A stretch of 64,000 nt of DNA. Origin: Octopus sinensis. Its lineage: Eukaryota. The stretch covers positions 13,888,001 through 13,952,000 of the forward strand of contig NC_043005.1 of the NCBI RefSeq assembly GCF_006345805.1, given 5' to 3'. The notes under the pieces are model-generated. The model searched no databases, had not been told where the DNA came from, and was given only the letters and a program-made list of their open reading frames with translations. Made by a program: the position numbers and the translations under genes. Below, piece by piece: positions 1-12,264 of this stretch. Within the stretch, counting starts at the first letter, position 1. Every line of letters begins with the position of its first letter.

Positions 1-147
1 TCATTTTTTGCCAGCTGAGTGGACTGGAGCAACGTGAAATGAAGTGTTTTGCTCAAGAACACAACGCGTCGCCCGATCCAGGAATCGAAACCACTATCTT
101 ACGATCATGATACTGACACCCTAACCACTAAGTCAAGCGCTTCCACT
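1..147 (-). mobile_element. tRNA-headed CORE-like SINE (family A), partial
   Basis: Reverse complement closely matches 12051-12200, with tRNA A box (TGACTTAGTGG) and B box (GGTTTCGATTCC) followed by GTGTTCTTGAGCAAAACACTTCATTTCACGTTGCTCCAGTCCACTCAGCTG. Confidence 0.8.
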
Positions 148-159
148 ATTATAGAAAGA

Positions 160-228
<69 letters not shown>

Positions 229-231
<3 letters not shown>

Positions 232-1097
232 TAGTTTTATTTTTATAGCGTGCTTTCACTTCACTACCGAGCGCAGCTCTGTGTGCCTTAGGTAGGTGCT
301 GTGATTTGTTGTGATGCTCTGATAGTTATTGTATGGAAAGTGTTCTGCGTATGATGTGTGCAGTGCCTAGTAGTGCACTTTTCTGTATGTTATATGTGTT
401 TGTAAGTCCTGGTGATTTTGTGATGTATTTGTCTGAATATTTTTTTATCATGCCTAATGCACCTACTATGATAGGAATTGTTTCTGTTTTTAGATTCCAC
501 ATTCTGGTTACCTCTATTTCCTGGTCTTTGTATTTTGAAAGTTTCTCCATTTCTTTTAGAGACACGTTGTCATCAGCCGGTATTGATACATCAATTAGAA
601 AGCATTTTTTTCTTCATGATCTCTGACAACTATATCTGGTCTGTTGGCCTTAATTTCTCTATCTGTGTGTATCGGCATATCCCAGAGTATGGTTGCTTTC
701 TCGGTTTCTGTGACCTTTTCTGGTGTATGCCTATACCATCTTTTTTCTGTTGTTATTCCATAATGTTGGCATAGCTTCCAGTGTATGTAGGTTCCAACTC
801 TGTCATGTCTGTGAATATATTCCTTCTTAGCCAGGACTGGGCAGCCAGAGATGATATGATTTATTGTTTCTTGTCCATCTCCACATATTCTGCAGTTACT
901 TGTTATATTTCTTTTCATTACATGTTTTTGGTAATTTCTGGTGGGGAGGCTTTGGTCTTGTGCTGCAATTAAAAATCCCTCTGTCTCTGCTTTGAGTCCT
1001 GAGCTTCTCAACAATAGTCCTGAGCTTCTCAACCATTGCCCTGAGCTTCTCAACCATAGTCCTGAGCTTCTCAACCATAGTCCTGAGCTTCTCAACC

Positions 1098-1099
<2 letters not shown>
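229..1099 (-). mobile_element. 5'-truncated R4/Dong-like non-LTR retrotransposon (restriction-like endonuclease C-terminus, frameshifted)
   Basis: ORFs 595-1164 and 326-565 give KAETEGFLIAAQDQSL, CCHC knuckle CRICG..ETINHIISGC, RHD, ILWD, RPDIV, EKLSKY and ALLGTAHIIRR. Flanked by (TTA)n at 160-228 and 1100-1129. Confidence 0.85.
995..1099. repeat. 5 x 21-bp tandem repeat at the LINE 5' junction
   Basis: Unit AGTCCTGAGCTTCTCAACCAT at 995, 1016, 1037, 1058 and 1079; encodes WLRSSGL on the - strand. Confidence 0.95.
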
Positions 1100-1129
<30 letters not shown>

Positions 1130-1130
<1 letters not shown>

Positions 1131-1345
1131 AGGGTAAAGACCCCCTTCGGTCATGTGTGACCATGGGTTTGCACCTAGAGAGTTACCCTCTGAGGCACAA
1201 GTCTGGGCAAGGTTGTTTTTATGGAAGACCAGCAGTCGCCCATGCATATCGGCCTCCCCTCTCCACGCCACCAGTGTTATCCAAGGGAAAGACAAAGGTC
1301 GATACAGCTTGGCACCAGTGACGTCGCAACTCATTTCTACAGCTT
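1130..1345 (-). mobile_element. SINE family A 3' tail fragment, flanked by (TTA)n
   Basis: Homologous to 3545-3750, where the same tail joins the family A core. Confidence 0.7.
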
Positions 1346-1686
1346 ATTATTATTATTATTATTATTATTAAAGCAGCAGGTTGAGAGAATCGTTAGAGCA
1401 TCGAAGAAAATGACTTGCGGTATTTAATTACGTCACTCTATGTTCTAAGCTGAAATTCCGCAAAAGTCACCATTTCCTTTCTACACTCCTACACCACCGC
1501 CACCCTACCCTGAATCAATGAAATGCTCTCTCAGGCAAGTACTGGGTTCGATTGCCCCTACAACATCCCCTTCACAAATTTCAGGATTTGTGGAGTTTGT
1601 ATGAGAAAAAAAATTACTATTGTTATTGTGAGAAATGCTTATTATTGTTGTTGCTGTTGTTATTGTTGTTGATTTTGCTGTTGTAG

Positions 1687-1831
1687 GCAATGGCTATTCT
1701 GCTACACTATTTCCTTATTGCGTCCGCCATGTGGATAACTGTAGAAGCTCTACATATTTGCCAAGCTTTGATTGCTACATTTAGAGCATGCCAGAGATCA
1801 TTTGTGATGAAGAGTTCAATTTCCGCTTGGG
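1687..1831 (+). CDS. Adhesion GPCR (secretin/ADGR-type 7TM), exon encoding TM3 to start of TM4
   Basis: Acceptor TTGTAG at 1681-1686. Reads AMAILLHYFLIASAMWITVEALHICQ...SAW-G. Donor GTATGT at 1832, phase 1. Confidence 0.88.
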
Positions 1832-1881
1832 GTATGTATAACCGTTGCCCATTTATCTTTCTGTGGCTCGCATTTACTCAA

Positions 1882-1916
<35 letters not shown>

Positions 1917-1948
1917 CATATATATACATATATATATGTATATATATA

Positions 1949-1995
<47 letters not shown>

Positions 1996-2152
1996 CATAT
2001 ATATATATATATAAGTTCAGCAAAATTTAGATTCAAATGAATATGGTACTTAAGTTAGATGCACCAGAATTTTGTATGGTGTTATCCATATAAATCCATG
2101 GGGTGATTATAATTAAAATAAGCAACAAGAATAATTCTTGTTGCTTATTTTG

Positions 2153-2215
<63 letters not shown>

Positions 2216-3348
2216 CCTTCTTTCTTTGTAATTAATTTGTACTTGTGAATTAATTGATTGAGAAATTTCAGCCGAATAATTTGAAATCAGTATCATGCTG
2301 CTCTTACATATTTCAATGAACCCAAATTATTAGAGATCGGAGTTGACTTCCATGAGATTTGATCTCGGAGATATCATACTGTTAAACAGTTTGTGTTACG
2401 GGCAAAATCTTAGCCAGGAATTACTGTTTATAATTGCTCTTTGCAACTGTTTGTTACAGAAAGCATCGGTAATCACTGCTGCAAATTATCTAAGTCTCAT
2501 TATCCTCTACATTATCATAATCCTGTATATTATCATTTACAAAAATTTTTAATGCAGAGCAATCTTCAGCTGCACTTTTGAAGGTTAAAATTAAAACATT
2601 TTTTTCTTCTGAAAACGATTACAGTCAAGACTACTTTCCTGTCTCGCAGTAAAATCTGCGTTAATAAAAATTAAACCCCCAGTAAAAACAGCAATGTTTT
2701 AGTTGTTGCTCGTTTTTGTTGTTGTTTTTCCCGAGTTTGGCACTAAGTGAGCAGACCTATGATTAAATGACCTCAGATCAACCCTGTGAACAAAGACTCA
2801 CTCGACATGACTAGCCTCTCTTTTGTGACGTAATCTACATTATCCAGTTTGTCCTTCAATTTTTAAAGAGAATGATGTTTGATATATTTAGCTGTTGTTT
2901 CCAGCTGATCGAATAACTATGCGAAGGTCCCCTCATATTAATATTTGCACCGTTGTCATGAATGGAAAAAAATTAAACGTGTATCATATTTGGAGAGTTT
3001 CACATGAAGAATTTTTGTCTTAAATTAGAAAACAATAAAGTCAGTTAGCCAAATATTTTATTTGTTAAAAGTGGGAATAAGAATTTAGTTTTCACATGTC
3101 AATCATGTATAGAAATAGATGATCAATTTAATTCTAGATAGAAAATTTATTTAGTAAACATACATTATTCAATCAAGTAAAATATTGAATTTTGTTCAAT
3201 TAGATATGACTAAATTTTTTGTTTTGTTTCGTTTTTTCTGAACAAGAGTATTGTAAACTGAATCGATTCAAATTGATCAGTTTTCATGTTTTAAATATAG
3301 ATTGATACCTACTTATAATCATTAATATATATATATTATAATTATCAG

Positions 3349-3421
3349 GGGTTCCAGGCATCATTGTCATGCTTACTCTGATAATCAAAAAAACAAACAA
3401 CTACATCAGAATAACTGCAAT
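3349..3421 (+). CDS. Adhesion GPCR exon (TM4 to ECL2)
   Basis: Acceptor TCAG. Reads (G)VPGIIVMLTLIIKKTNNYIRITA(I). Donor GTAAGT at 3422. Phase 1 in and phase 2 out match the neighbouring exons. Confidence 0.85.
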
Positions 3422-3540
3422 GTAAGTGTTTCCGCCTTTTATTCGTCTTATTTTCTCTGTACTTTAGAATTGATATTTTACAAGATCTCGTATGGTATTT
3501 TAGAGTTCTGCATAATGAGGGTTAAAATCAAATTGATCAA

Positions 3541-3820
3541 AGACCTTCGGTCACGAATGATCATAAGACTGCACCTAGAAATTTCCCCTCCGAAGCACAA
3601 GCACAAGTCCAGACAAGGTCGTTTTGTGGAAGACCAGCAGTCGCGCATGCATATTAGCCTCCCCTCTTCACGCCACCGATGTTGTCCAAGGGAAAGGCAA
3701 AAGCCTATACAGCTTAGCACCAGTGATACCGCAGCTCATTTCTACAGCTGAATGAACTGCAGCAATGTGAAACACAACACAAATCCAGGTCTAGGAACTG
3801 AACTCACAATCTCACGATTT
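3541..3820 (-). mobile_element. SINE family A (tail, core and degraded head)
   Basis: Tail matches 1130-1345, then CAGCTGAATGAACTGCAGCAATGTGAAAC core remnant. Confidence 0.65.
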
Positions 3821-4323
3821 ATCTGCGAATTGCTTATTGACCGATCGATTAATCAAATATTCGATTCGATAATGAATGGAATAGTTAGCCAGTTGATAAA
3901 CAAAAGTATAGTTTGTACTGATTTTCTATAAGCTGTAGCTTTCAGAGTCATCTTAGTGTTGCTTCCGTTGTAGTACACTGTGCTAATAATAGCAAAATAG
4001 CTACAAATACATTCACCGGTCTACAGAGGCCACACCAAGATTGTTTTTGGTGCTTTAACATTATGGCATAAAACGAGAATTGTCTCCATGGCAAACTACA
4101 GTAAAGATGGCCTTTGAACAGATAAAAACGTTTTAATTCTCATCATTGCTTTTGCATGCCCACTATACATACATCTTCTCTAGATGTCCGATGACTTAGG
4201 ATTCTTCAATGAGCCTACGAGACTTTATGTTGTATGGAACAGCATGAAATTGTTATTAAATAATAATCGATGTAACTCTAACCGTATATGTTCAGTCCCA
4301 CTTTCTTTAGTTTGTCCATTCAC

Positions 4324-4397
<74 letters not shown>

Positions 4398-4622
4398 TTA
4401 ATTAAATATATTCTGTAAGAATATTACACACTGAATTTATAACGATTGTAAGATGCATTAATTAACAAATTTTTAAACTGTTATGTTTCATATATTTACA
4501 TATATTATTAATACAATACTATTTTAGACATATATATCTTCGTGAGGAATATTTTTGTTATTGAATTTCGTGCTATTATATATATATATATTAAAATATT
4601 AATATTAAAATATATATATTAA

Positions 4623-4890
4623 AAGATTAAAATATTTATATATACCAATTAAGGACTGAACACGAAAAGTGGACAGTCAACATGCTAGATATAGACGTCA
4701 AATCAATGATTTGAGAACATAATCTTTTGTGGAGAATGGCGATTTGACGTCTATATCTAGCATATTGACTGTCCACTTTTCGTGTTCAGTCCTTAATTGG
4801 TATATATAAATATTTTAATCTTCGGATTCTTTTTTTAATATGCTAGACCACTGGTTTTAATTGATAAATATCAATTTCTATCCTTAATTA
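4623..4890. mobile_element. Short HH-B family fragment with 82-bp inverted arms
   Basis: 4623-4704 is the reverse complement of 4741-4822 with one mismatch. Same family as 22646-23840. Ends TTAATTAATT then (TA)n. Confidence 0.85.
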
Positions 4891-4892
4891 AT

Positions 4893-4924
<32 letters not shown>

Positions 4925-4999
4925 ATATTATATATATATAATATAATGGAATCTCAAGTCGAGGATGACGTAGGAATGTTTAGCTCTTTTTGCAGAACG

Positions 5000-5155
5000 A
5001 CCTGTAGAGATAATTTGTTTAATTTGGTGTTGAAGTGATTGCATAGCAACGTGAGATGAAGTGTTTTGCTCAAGAGCACAATGCACCACCCTACATAGAA
5101 ATTGAAACCGCGATCTCATAACCACGAGTTCAAACACCCTAACTACTAAGCCATA
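5000..5155 (-). mobile_element. SINE family A, diverged
   Basis: GCAACGTGAGATGAAGTGTTTTGCTCAAGAGCACAA core plus tRNA-like head remnant. Confidence 0.6.
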
Positions 5156-5199
5156 CATACATAGTGCACCTGAGCACTGTATACAATTTCTTTCATATT

Positions 5200-5419
5200 A
5201 CTCTTTTTACTCTTTTACTTGTTTCAGTCATTTGACTGCGGCCATGCTGGAGCACCGCCTTTAATTGAGCAACTCGGGACTTATTCTTTTTGTAAGCCCA
5301 GTACTTAATTTATCCGTCACTTTTTGCCGAACCGCTAAGTAACGAGGACATAAACACACCAGCATCGGTTGTCAAGCAATGCTAGGGGGACAAACACAGA
5401 CGCATAAACACACACACGC

Positions 5420-5455
<36 letters not shown>

Positions 5456-5626
5456 GTATATACGACGGGCTTCTTTCAGTTTCCGTCTACCAAATCCACT
5501 CACAAGGCTTTGGTCGGCCCGAGGCTATAGTAGAAGACACTTGCCCTAGGTGCCACGCAGTGGGACTGAACCCAGAACCATGTGGTTGGTTAGCAAGCTA
5601 CTTACCACACAGCCACTCCTGCGCCT
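5200..5626 (-). mobile_element. tRNA-headed SINE family B with internal microsatellite
   Basis: Head GGCGCAGGAGTGGCTGTGTGGTAAG...GGGTTCAGTCCC, CORE-like CTAGGGCAAGTGTCTTC, (TA/CA)n, then ~200-bp tail. Recurs at 7050, 22466, 40940 and 47060. Confidence 0.85.
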
Positions 5627-5847
5627 ATTATACATTATATTATACATAAAACAAAAATTTCAATATCTGACTCCCTTTTCACTTTTTTTAATTAATTTCT
5701 ATAAGATTCATCTCACGAAATCATTCTATTAAGTAAAAACCGAAATTAACTTAAAAGATTTAAATAATTAAAAACATGTCCATCTCTGATAATTACCGTA
5801 AGCATCTGCCATAATTTCCTGTTCGAAATATCTTTCTATTTTTCTAG

Positions 5848-6242
5848 CTGCTGGTTATCCGAGATACCTTTTTCCGTTGCTTTCCTGATTCCCATGGGAC
5901 TTATTTTTCTCATTAGTCTCATCCTATTTCTTCTCATTATCGGACGCCTTTTCTCAATGAAAAAGGAGAAGCAATGTGAACACAAAACAAGAAAATTTCG
6001 TTTTTTTGGTATCGTTAATGTGTTTTTCCTGTTTGGTGCTTCGTGGGCTTTAGCATACTATATCTTTTTTGGTGGAGCGGCCACCGTGTTTATATATATC
6101 TGTGCAATCTCCCATGCATTTCAAGGACTGTTTATTTTCATATACTATTGCGTGTGTGATAAAAATGCTCGAAATGTTATCTGCTCGAATTCATGTAATA
6201 AAAAGAAATATGTATTGAATAAAAATTCCCAGAACAACTCAG
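5848..6242 (+). CDS. Adhesion GPCR exon (ECL2 Cys, TM5-TM7)
   Basis: Acceptor TTTCTAG. Reads CWLSEIPFSVAFLIPMGLIF...FFLFGASWALAY...AFQGLFIFIYYCV. Donor GTAAGT at 6243, phase 1. Confidence 0.9.
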
Positions 6243-7049
6243 GTAAGTGCAATTTCTACTTTCTTACTATACTACAACCCCGGTTGCTACAACAACCACC
6301 AACACCGTCTTTGTCTTAATAGTCATCAGAAATATCACTCTTGTACCATCGGCACAAGTCATTATGGTCGTCTTCATAAATATCATTCCATCCCTACATC
6401 AGCTACCACTGTCATAAGGATCACCTTTACTGTCCATGGGAAGAACAAATTGCATATTATAGTGTATGCACTTTAATTTTAAAGAAGCGTAACCTTTCTG
6501 ATCTAATCAAATATGGATTTATCGCACTCACTTTGCAGTATATCAGCCGTTTCACAAGCCAGATTTACTGTAAGAACCTATTAAGGTGCCCGGTTTAAGG
6601 TGGCCCCTATGGTTAGTTATTTGGGGATAGAATATATTTTTGTCCTCTTCAAGACTAAAACATATTTTATCCCAAATAACTAACTATAGGCAAAGTTTAA
6701 GCAAGACTCTCAACGGGACTCTGCTCTCACATCTGGGTTGCTGCTACTGCTCTGACAGCCACCCAAGACTGCATCCAAAAGCAGGCCACTCAGTTGTTGC
6801 GTATGATGTCGTTTACCTTCACGCTTCATCAGGTTCACAAAGCTGCTGTCGCCTTCATATCTGCCTTTTGTACCACTACTGCGATAGAGAAATCAGAAAG
6901 TGGCTACTGTAACAAAAAAGGCTTTTCCATGGCCCCCGTTTCTCGGAGCAGGCTGGTGTTTGCCACTTCCACAAAATCAACTTTCTTCTAATCTTGCGAT
7001 CCATATTATCTTGATCAACTCAAGGCAATCATTGATTTTTATACTATTT

Positions 7050-7448
7050 TACTCTTTTACTCTCTTACTCGTTTCAGTCATTTGACCGTGGCCATGCTGG
7101 AGCATCGCCTCTAGTCGAGCAAATCGACCCCAAGACTTTGTAAGCCTAGTACTTATTCTATCGGTCTTTTTTGCCGAACCATTAAGTTACGGGGACGTAA
7201 ACACACCAGCGTCGGTTGTCAAGCGATGTTGGGGGGACGAACACAGACACAAAAACATATACACACACATACATATATATATACATATATACGACAGGCT
7301 TCTTTCAGTTTCCGTCTACCAAATCCACTCACAAGACTTTGGTCGGCCCGTGGCTATAGTAGAAGACACCCAAGATGCCACGCAGTGGGACCGAACCCGG
7401 TACCACGTGGCCGTTAAGCAAGCTACTTACGACACAGCCACTCCTGCG

Positions 7449-7451
<3 letters not shown>
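7050..7451 (-). mobile_element. SINE family B
   Basis: Near-full copy of 5200-5626. Confidence 0.85.
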
Positions 7452-7528
<77 letters not shown>

Positions 7529-7544
7529 GTATATACATATATAT

Positions 7545-7707
7545 GACGGGCTTCTTTCAGTTTCCGTCTACCAAATCCTCTCACAAGGCTTTGGTCGGCC
7601 CGAGGCTATAGAAGAAGACACTTGCCCAAGGTGCCACGCAGTGGGACTGAACCTGGAACCATGTGGTTGGTAAGCAAGCTACTTGATACACGGACACTCC
7701 TACGCCT
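7545..7707 (-). mobile_element. SINE family B head/core half
   Basis: Matches 5463-5626. Confidence 0.8.
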
Positions 7708-7923
7708 GTGTTGATTCCTTCCTCCTCTAACGTGACTTTTCTGGATCTCTCTCCCTACACATTATTTTCAGTATTCGTACATGTTCAAGAGAACATAACG
7801 ACATCAATACCATCGACATTTGTCATGGCGAAACCTCCGTAGGCTATGACGTGGCCTCTTGATTTAGATCAATACACAAGCAAAAATAAAGCTCAACAAT
7901 TCAACATCATCATATTGATGGAT

Positions 7924-8308
7924 GGAAGCACTCCGTCGGTTATGACGACGAGGGTTCCTGTTGATCCGAATCAACGGAACAGCCTGCTCGTGAAATTAAC
8001 GTGTAAGTGGATGAGCACTCCACAGACACGTGTACCCTTAACGTAGTTCTCAGGGATATTCAGCGTGACACAGAGAGTGACAAGGCCGGCCCCTTGAAAT
8101 ACAGGTACAACAGAAACAGGAAGTAAGAGTGAGGGAAAGTTGTGGTGAAAGAGTACAGCAGGGATCACCACCATCCCCTGCCGGAACCTCGTGGGGCTTT
8201 TAGGTGTTTTCGCTCAATAAACACTCACAACGCCCGGTCTGGGAATCGAAACCGCGATCCTATGACCGCGAGTCCGCTGCCCTAACCACTGGGCCATTGC
8301 GCCTCCAC
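7924..8308 (-). mobile_element. tRNA-headed SINE family D (tail type 1)
   Basis: Head GTGGAGGCGCAATGGCCCAGTGGTTAGGG...GGTTTCGATTCCC. Near-identical to 48779-49165. Confidence 0.85.
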
Positions 8309-8520
8309 CAACAACATCATCATAACCATACTCTCATGATCATAATCAACATCAATACTGACATCATCATCACACACACCGTTGTTGTAACCATCACCAT
8401 CATCGCCGTCCTCGTCATCATTGTCATCGTCATCATCGTCGTCGTCGTCATCATCATTGTTGTCATCATCAGCATCAACGTTGTTGACGTCGTCCTCATC
8501 ATAAATATCATCATTATTGT
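8305..8520. repeat. (CAT/CGT)n-type low-complexity tract
   Basis: Degenerate trinucleotide repeat; explains the Ile/Val- and Met/Thr-rich spurious ORFs. Confidence 0.85.
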
Positions 8521-8759
8521 CTTATCGGTTCTGTTCCTAATCTGTTGATGTATATGCCAGTATATACATATCATCTCTGGTTTGTACATTAGCAACTAGC
8601 ATCGGGATGAATTAACTAACGTATAATTCAGGTAAATTAAGTATATGCCTTATAGCCGGAGTGGTAAATAGTATCAGACATGAATGTGGCTATAATTAAA
8701 TTTGTGTGTGTGTGTGTGTAGACACATACTACACACACACACAACACATATATGTATAT

Positions 8760-8940
8760 GAGTCTAGGACATTTACCCCTCATGGACAACAGATGAGGAT
8801 AACAGATGATGATTTAAAACTTCCAAATCTATAGGAGAGGGGGTAATTAACCAAGGGGTGTGTAATTGTCCTAGGGTGTAGTTGTCAGTGGAAATTGTCC
8901 TATGGGGGGGGGTAATTGGCCCAGGCGTAATTATCCTGAT
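8760..8940. mobile_element. MITE-like remnant with G-run/TAATTGTCC subterminal repeats
   Basis: About 6 copies of GGG(G)TAATTGTCC-like motif on the right; inverted GGACATTTACCC and GGACAAC on the left. Confidence 0.35.
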
Positions 8941-8941
8941 A

Positions 8942-8980
<39 letters not shown>

Positions 8981-9145
8981 AGTAGTTGAATGAATTATCT
9001 TATTATGGATAATTCGAATTAACCGATACCTGGGTAGCAAATTCACATCAGAAAAAACACGGTTGCAATTAGGAATATGCAGCCTTCGAAACATATGTCG
9101 AAAATAAAGGAATTTTGTTAATTCGTCGTTCAACTCCATTCTTTC

Positions 9146-9181
<36 letters not shown>

Positions 9182-9354
9182 GGGGGGAGAGGCAGACAGA
9201 CAGATAGGGCGAGTAATCAATTCAGGGGTTTACATATTCAGAGTGTCAAGTTAAGGCCACTTCCAAAAGGTACACATAATATTAGAAGTGAGACACGTTT
9301 TATTGTAACTATGGGTTGATGTTTTAATGCATCACACACGCATACATACATACA

Positions 9355-9390
<36 letters not shown>

Positions 9391-9497
9391 TACATACAAT
9401 GGTAGATACGTATGGGCGTACATACATACATACATGCATACATACATACATAGATCACACGCACACATGTATGTATGTATATATGTATGTGCGTAAG

Positions 9498-9533
<36 letters not shown>

Positions 9534-10347
9534 CATGCGTGTATGTATGTACATATGTATGTATATCTGTATGTAAGTATATAAGCATGCTTCTATGTAA
9601 CCGTGCTTCTATGTATGTATATAATTGGGATGTAATCAAACCAATTTGGAAGTCATCAAAAAGTCAGAGGACTTGTTCATCGAATCAAATACAAATGAAG
9701 TTTTTAACAAATGGATTTCCGTTCTATTCGTTCACAGCTACAATAAAAACAGATTGGAACCTCCGGTATAAAACCAACAAATTGAGCTGACAGATAACTC
9801 CCGAAATATCCATCAGTAGCCACACAGAGCCTCTTCTCACCAAAGAACCTGTCTTTGCATACGACGATCATATTAGAAATTTAGACTGCAATCTGTCCAG
9901 AAAACTAATAAATCCAGCATTGACAGAATAAGTATGGCCATTGAATACACCCTTTATAAAAAAAATGATACTCCGATGTAAAAAAAAATCAAAGAAATAA
10001 ACTTCACTTCTCTTTTTGATATTTTACAAACGAAGCAATTAAATGGTTTAAGGTAATCCCCGATAAGAGCATTTGTGACTGTTACATAGATCAAGGTACC
10101 TACTTGGAGGAGGGAAATGATAGGTCGACAAACAGCGTTAGTGAAATGGAGTTTGGAGAGGAATTAGAGGACGAAGGCATGTAGTGTGTAGTCGGTGATA
10201 TTGATGGCTGTAGGACGGAGGAAGAAGAGTTGACGTATAGTGGCGAACATGAGTTATTGGCTGATATCAGACGGCAAAGGATAACTTATATCAAATAAAA
10301 TATTAACAAAATTCTAGATTATATCTATTTTCTCGTTTTACTTCCAG

Positions 10348-10424
10348 GTGAAAATCCTGATAATGAAACAGAAGGTGTGAAATATAGCAATTCAGAAGAT
10401 AAAACAGCTGAAGTAAAGTTATAA
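10348..10424 (+). CDS. Adhesion GPCR terminal coding exon
   Basis: Polypyrimidine tract plus CAG. Phase 1 continues as (G)ENPDNETEGVKYSNSEDKTAEVKL, with stop TAA at 10422-10424. Confidence 0.75.
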
Positions 10425-10561
10425 AAGAATATTTTTAAAAATACCTTTGAGAATTATTTTCCATCGTTTGTTTAGTAACATAATTAAACATTTTTTCCCT
10501 TTATATAATGTGAATCTTATTTCTAAATATATACAAAATTATGCAAGTGAGAGCATGAATA

Positions 10562-11071
10562 TCGTAAATCCTCGAGTATAATCCGCATTTTTTCCCCAAA
10601 ATTTAACGATCAAAATCCCTAGTGCGTACTATATACGAGGTTAAAAATGAAAATTACTTTCTAAGCAATGTCCGAGTCTCTATTTGCTGACCAGCAATGT
10701 TTATTCAGATGCAATTTGTGTCGGGCGTGAAAATACCTTTAGCTAAGCCTGAAAGCAATGAAGTCAAAAGAATCATCCATAACTTACAGTAAGCAACGTT
10801 TATTATTAATCATTAATACTGTTATTTCTTTATTTTTTGCAAACAAAATGCACAAAAAAGCTACACGTTTGCATTATGTTATATATACAATAATAATAAA
10901 GGACCTTACCGTATACAGTTTTACAAACCAATGACGTTATATAGACTTCCTTGACTCAAGTTAGAGAAGGGGTGCATATTATACACAAGGTTTACTTTTT
11001 TCAGAGGTACAGCCTCCTAAAATTCCACTGCGTATTATACTCAAGGGCGGACTATACTCGAGGATTTACGG
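10562..11071. mobile_element. Non-autonomous Tc1/mariner-pogo type DNA element
   Basis: TIRs (T/C)CGTAAATCCTCGAGTATA(A/G)TCCGC at both ends; TA on both flanks. Confidence 0.8.
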
Positions 11072-11474
11072 TAATCGGCAATATGTCTTTGCAAGATTCA
11101 ATAAGTTATTTGTTGACTGAAGCATAAAAATATCTTGTTTTGAAACATTATGTGCTAGTTGCCAATGTGATTATTAACCCATTCAATGAAACTTTAAAAT
11201 TAATAAAGGAATACGATTCATGTCTTGATTGTTGTTTCTGCATATTCCGAACAATAAATTATGATATAACCGATTTAAATGTTGACTTCCTTGAATTACT
11301 ATTGCTGTTGATGAGTTTTCATTGAATTTTTCACAAGGATTTATCAAAAGTATTGTGAAACTTTAAGCAACCAAACAATATCAGAGTCAAGTAATTGTTA
11401 AATTCCCTTATCTTGTTCTAACAGTGAAGTTAAATAAGTCTGCACTGGTGGTAAATATACCAGATCCATAGAAA

Positions 11475-11563
<89 letters not shown>

Positions 11564-11618
11564 TGTGTGTGTGTGTGTGTGTTGTGTGTGTGTGTATGTA
11601 TGTATGTATGTATGTATG

Positions 11619-11704
<86 letters not shown>

Positions 11705-12050
11705 CTGTTGTAATACTTACAACACTTAATAAAATTATGTAGCGTGAAACGATCGTACCAAATTACCGAAGTTATTCTCGTTGCTTATTTTGAGTATATA
11801 TATATATATTCTTGCTGAACTAGTGGCAACATGAAATTATTTCATCCTCTTGCTCTGTAAAAATATTTAAGGAAAATTATATTAATATATCTCGTCTGTT
11901 AAAAATCCATATTTCTTGCAGCTGAAGATAGCGGTGTATTTAAATTGATGTAATGATTACATTGGTCAGTTAAATGGAGCCGCTTGAAACGGTTTACTGC
12001 ATTACTGCTTGCCATTCTGATACTTAGTTTGATTATGTGTGTGTGTGTGT

Positions 12051-12260
12051 GTAGAGGCGCGTGGCTTAGTGGTTAGGGTGCCAGCATCATGATCGTAAGA
12101 TTGTGGTTTCGATTCCTGGACCGGGCGACGCGTTGTGTTCTTGAGCAAAACACTTCATTTCACGTTGCTCCAGTCCACTCAGCTGACAAAAATGAGTAAC
12201 GCTGCGATGGACTGGCTGGGGTACACATACGCCATTGAAACCGGAAAACCGGGCCCATGA
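12051..12260 (+). mobile_element. SINE family A
   Basis: A box TGGCTTAGTGG, B box GGTTTCGATTCC, CORE-like segment. Confidence 0.85.
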
Positions 12261-12264
12261 CCTG

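Noticed and set aside
9760-9930. Possible Ty3/Gypsy pol remnant (IELTDNSRNIHQ*PHRAS)
   Set aside because: Short, interrupted by stops, and no RT motif nearby.
12051-12125. tRNA genes
   Set aside because: All A/B-box sequences continue into SINE bodies and lack a complete cloverleaf.
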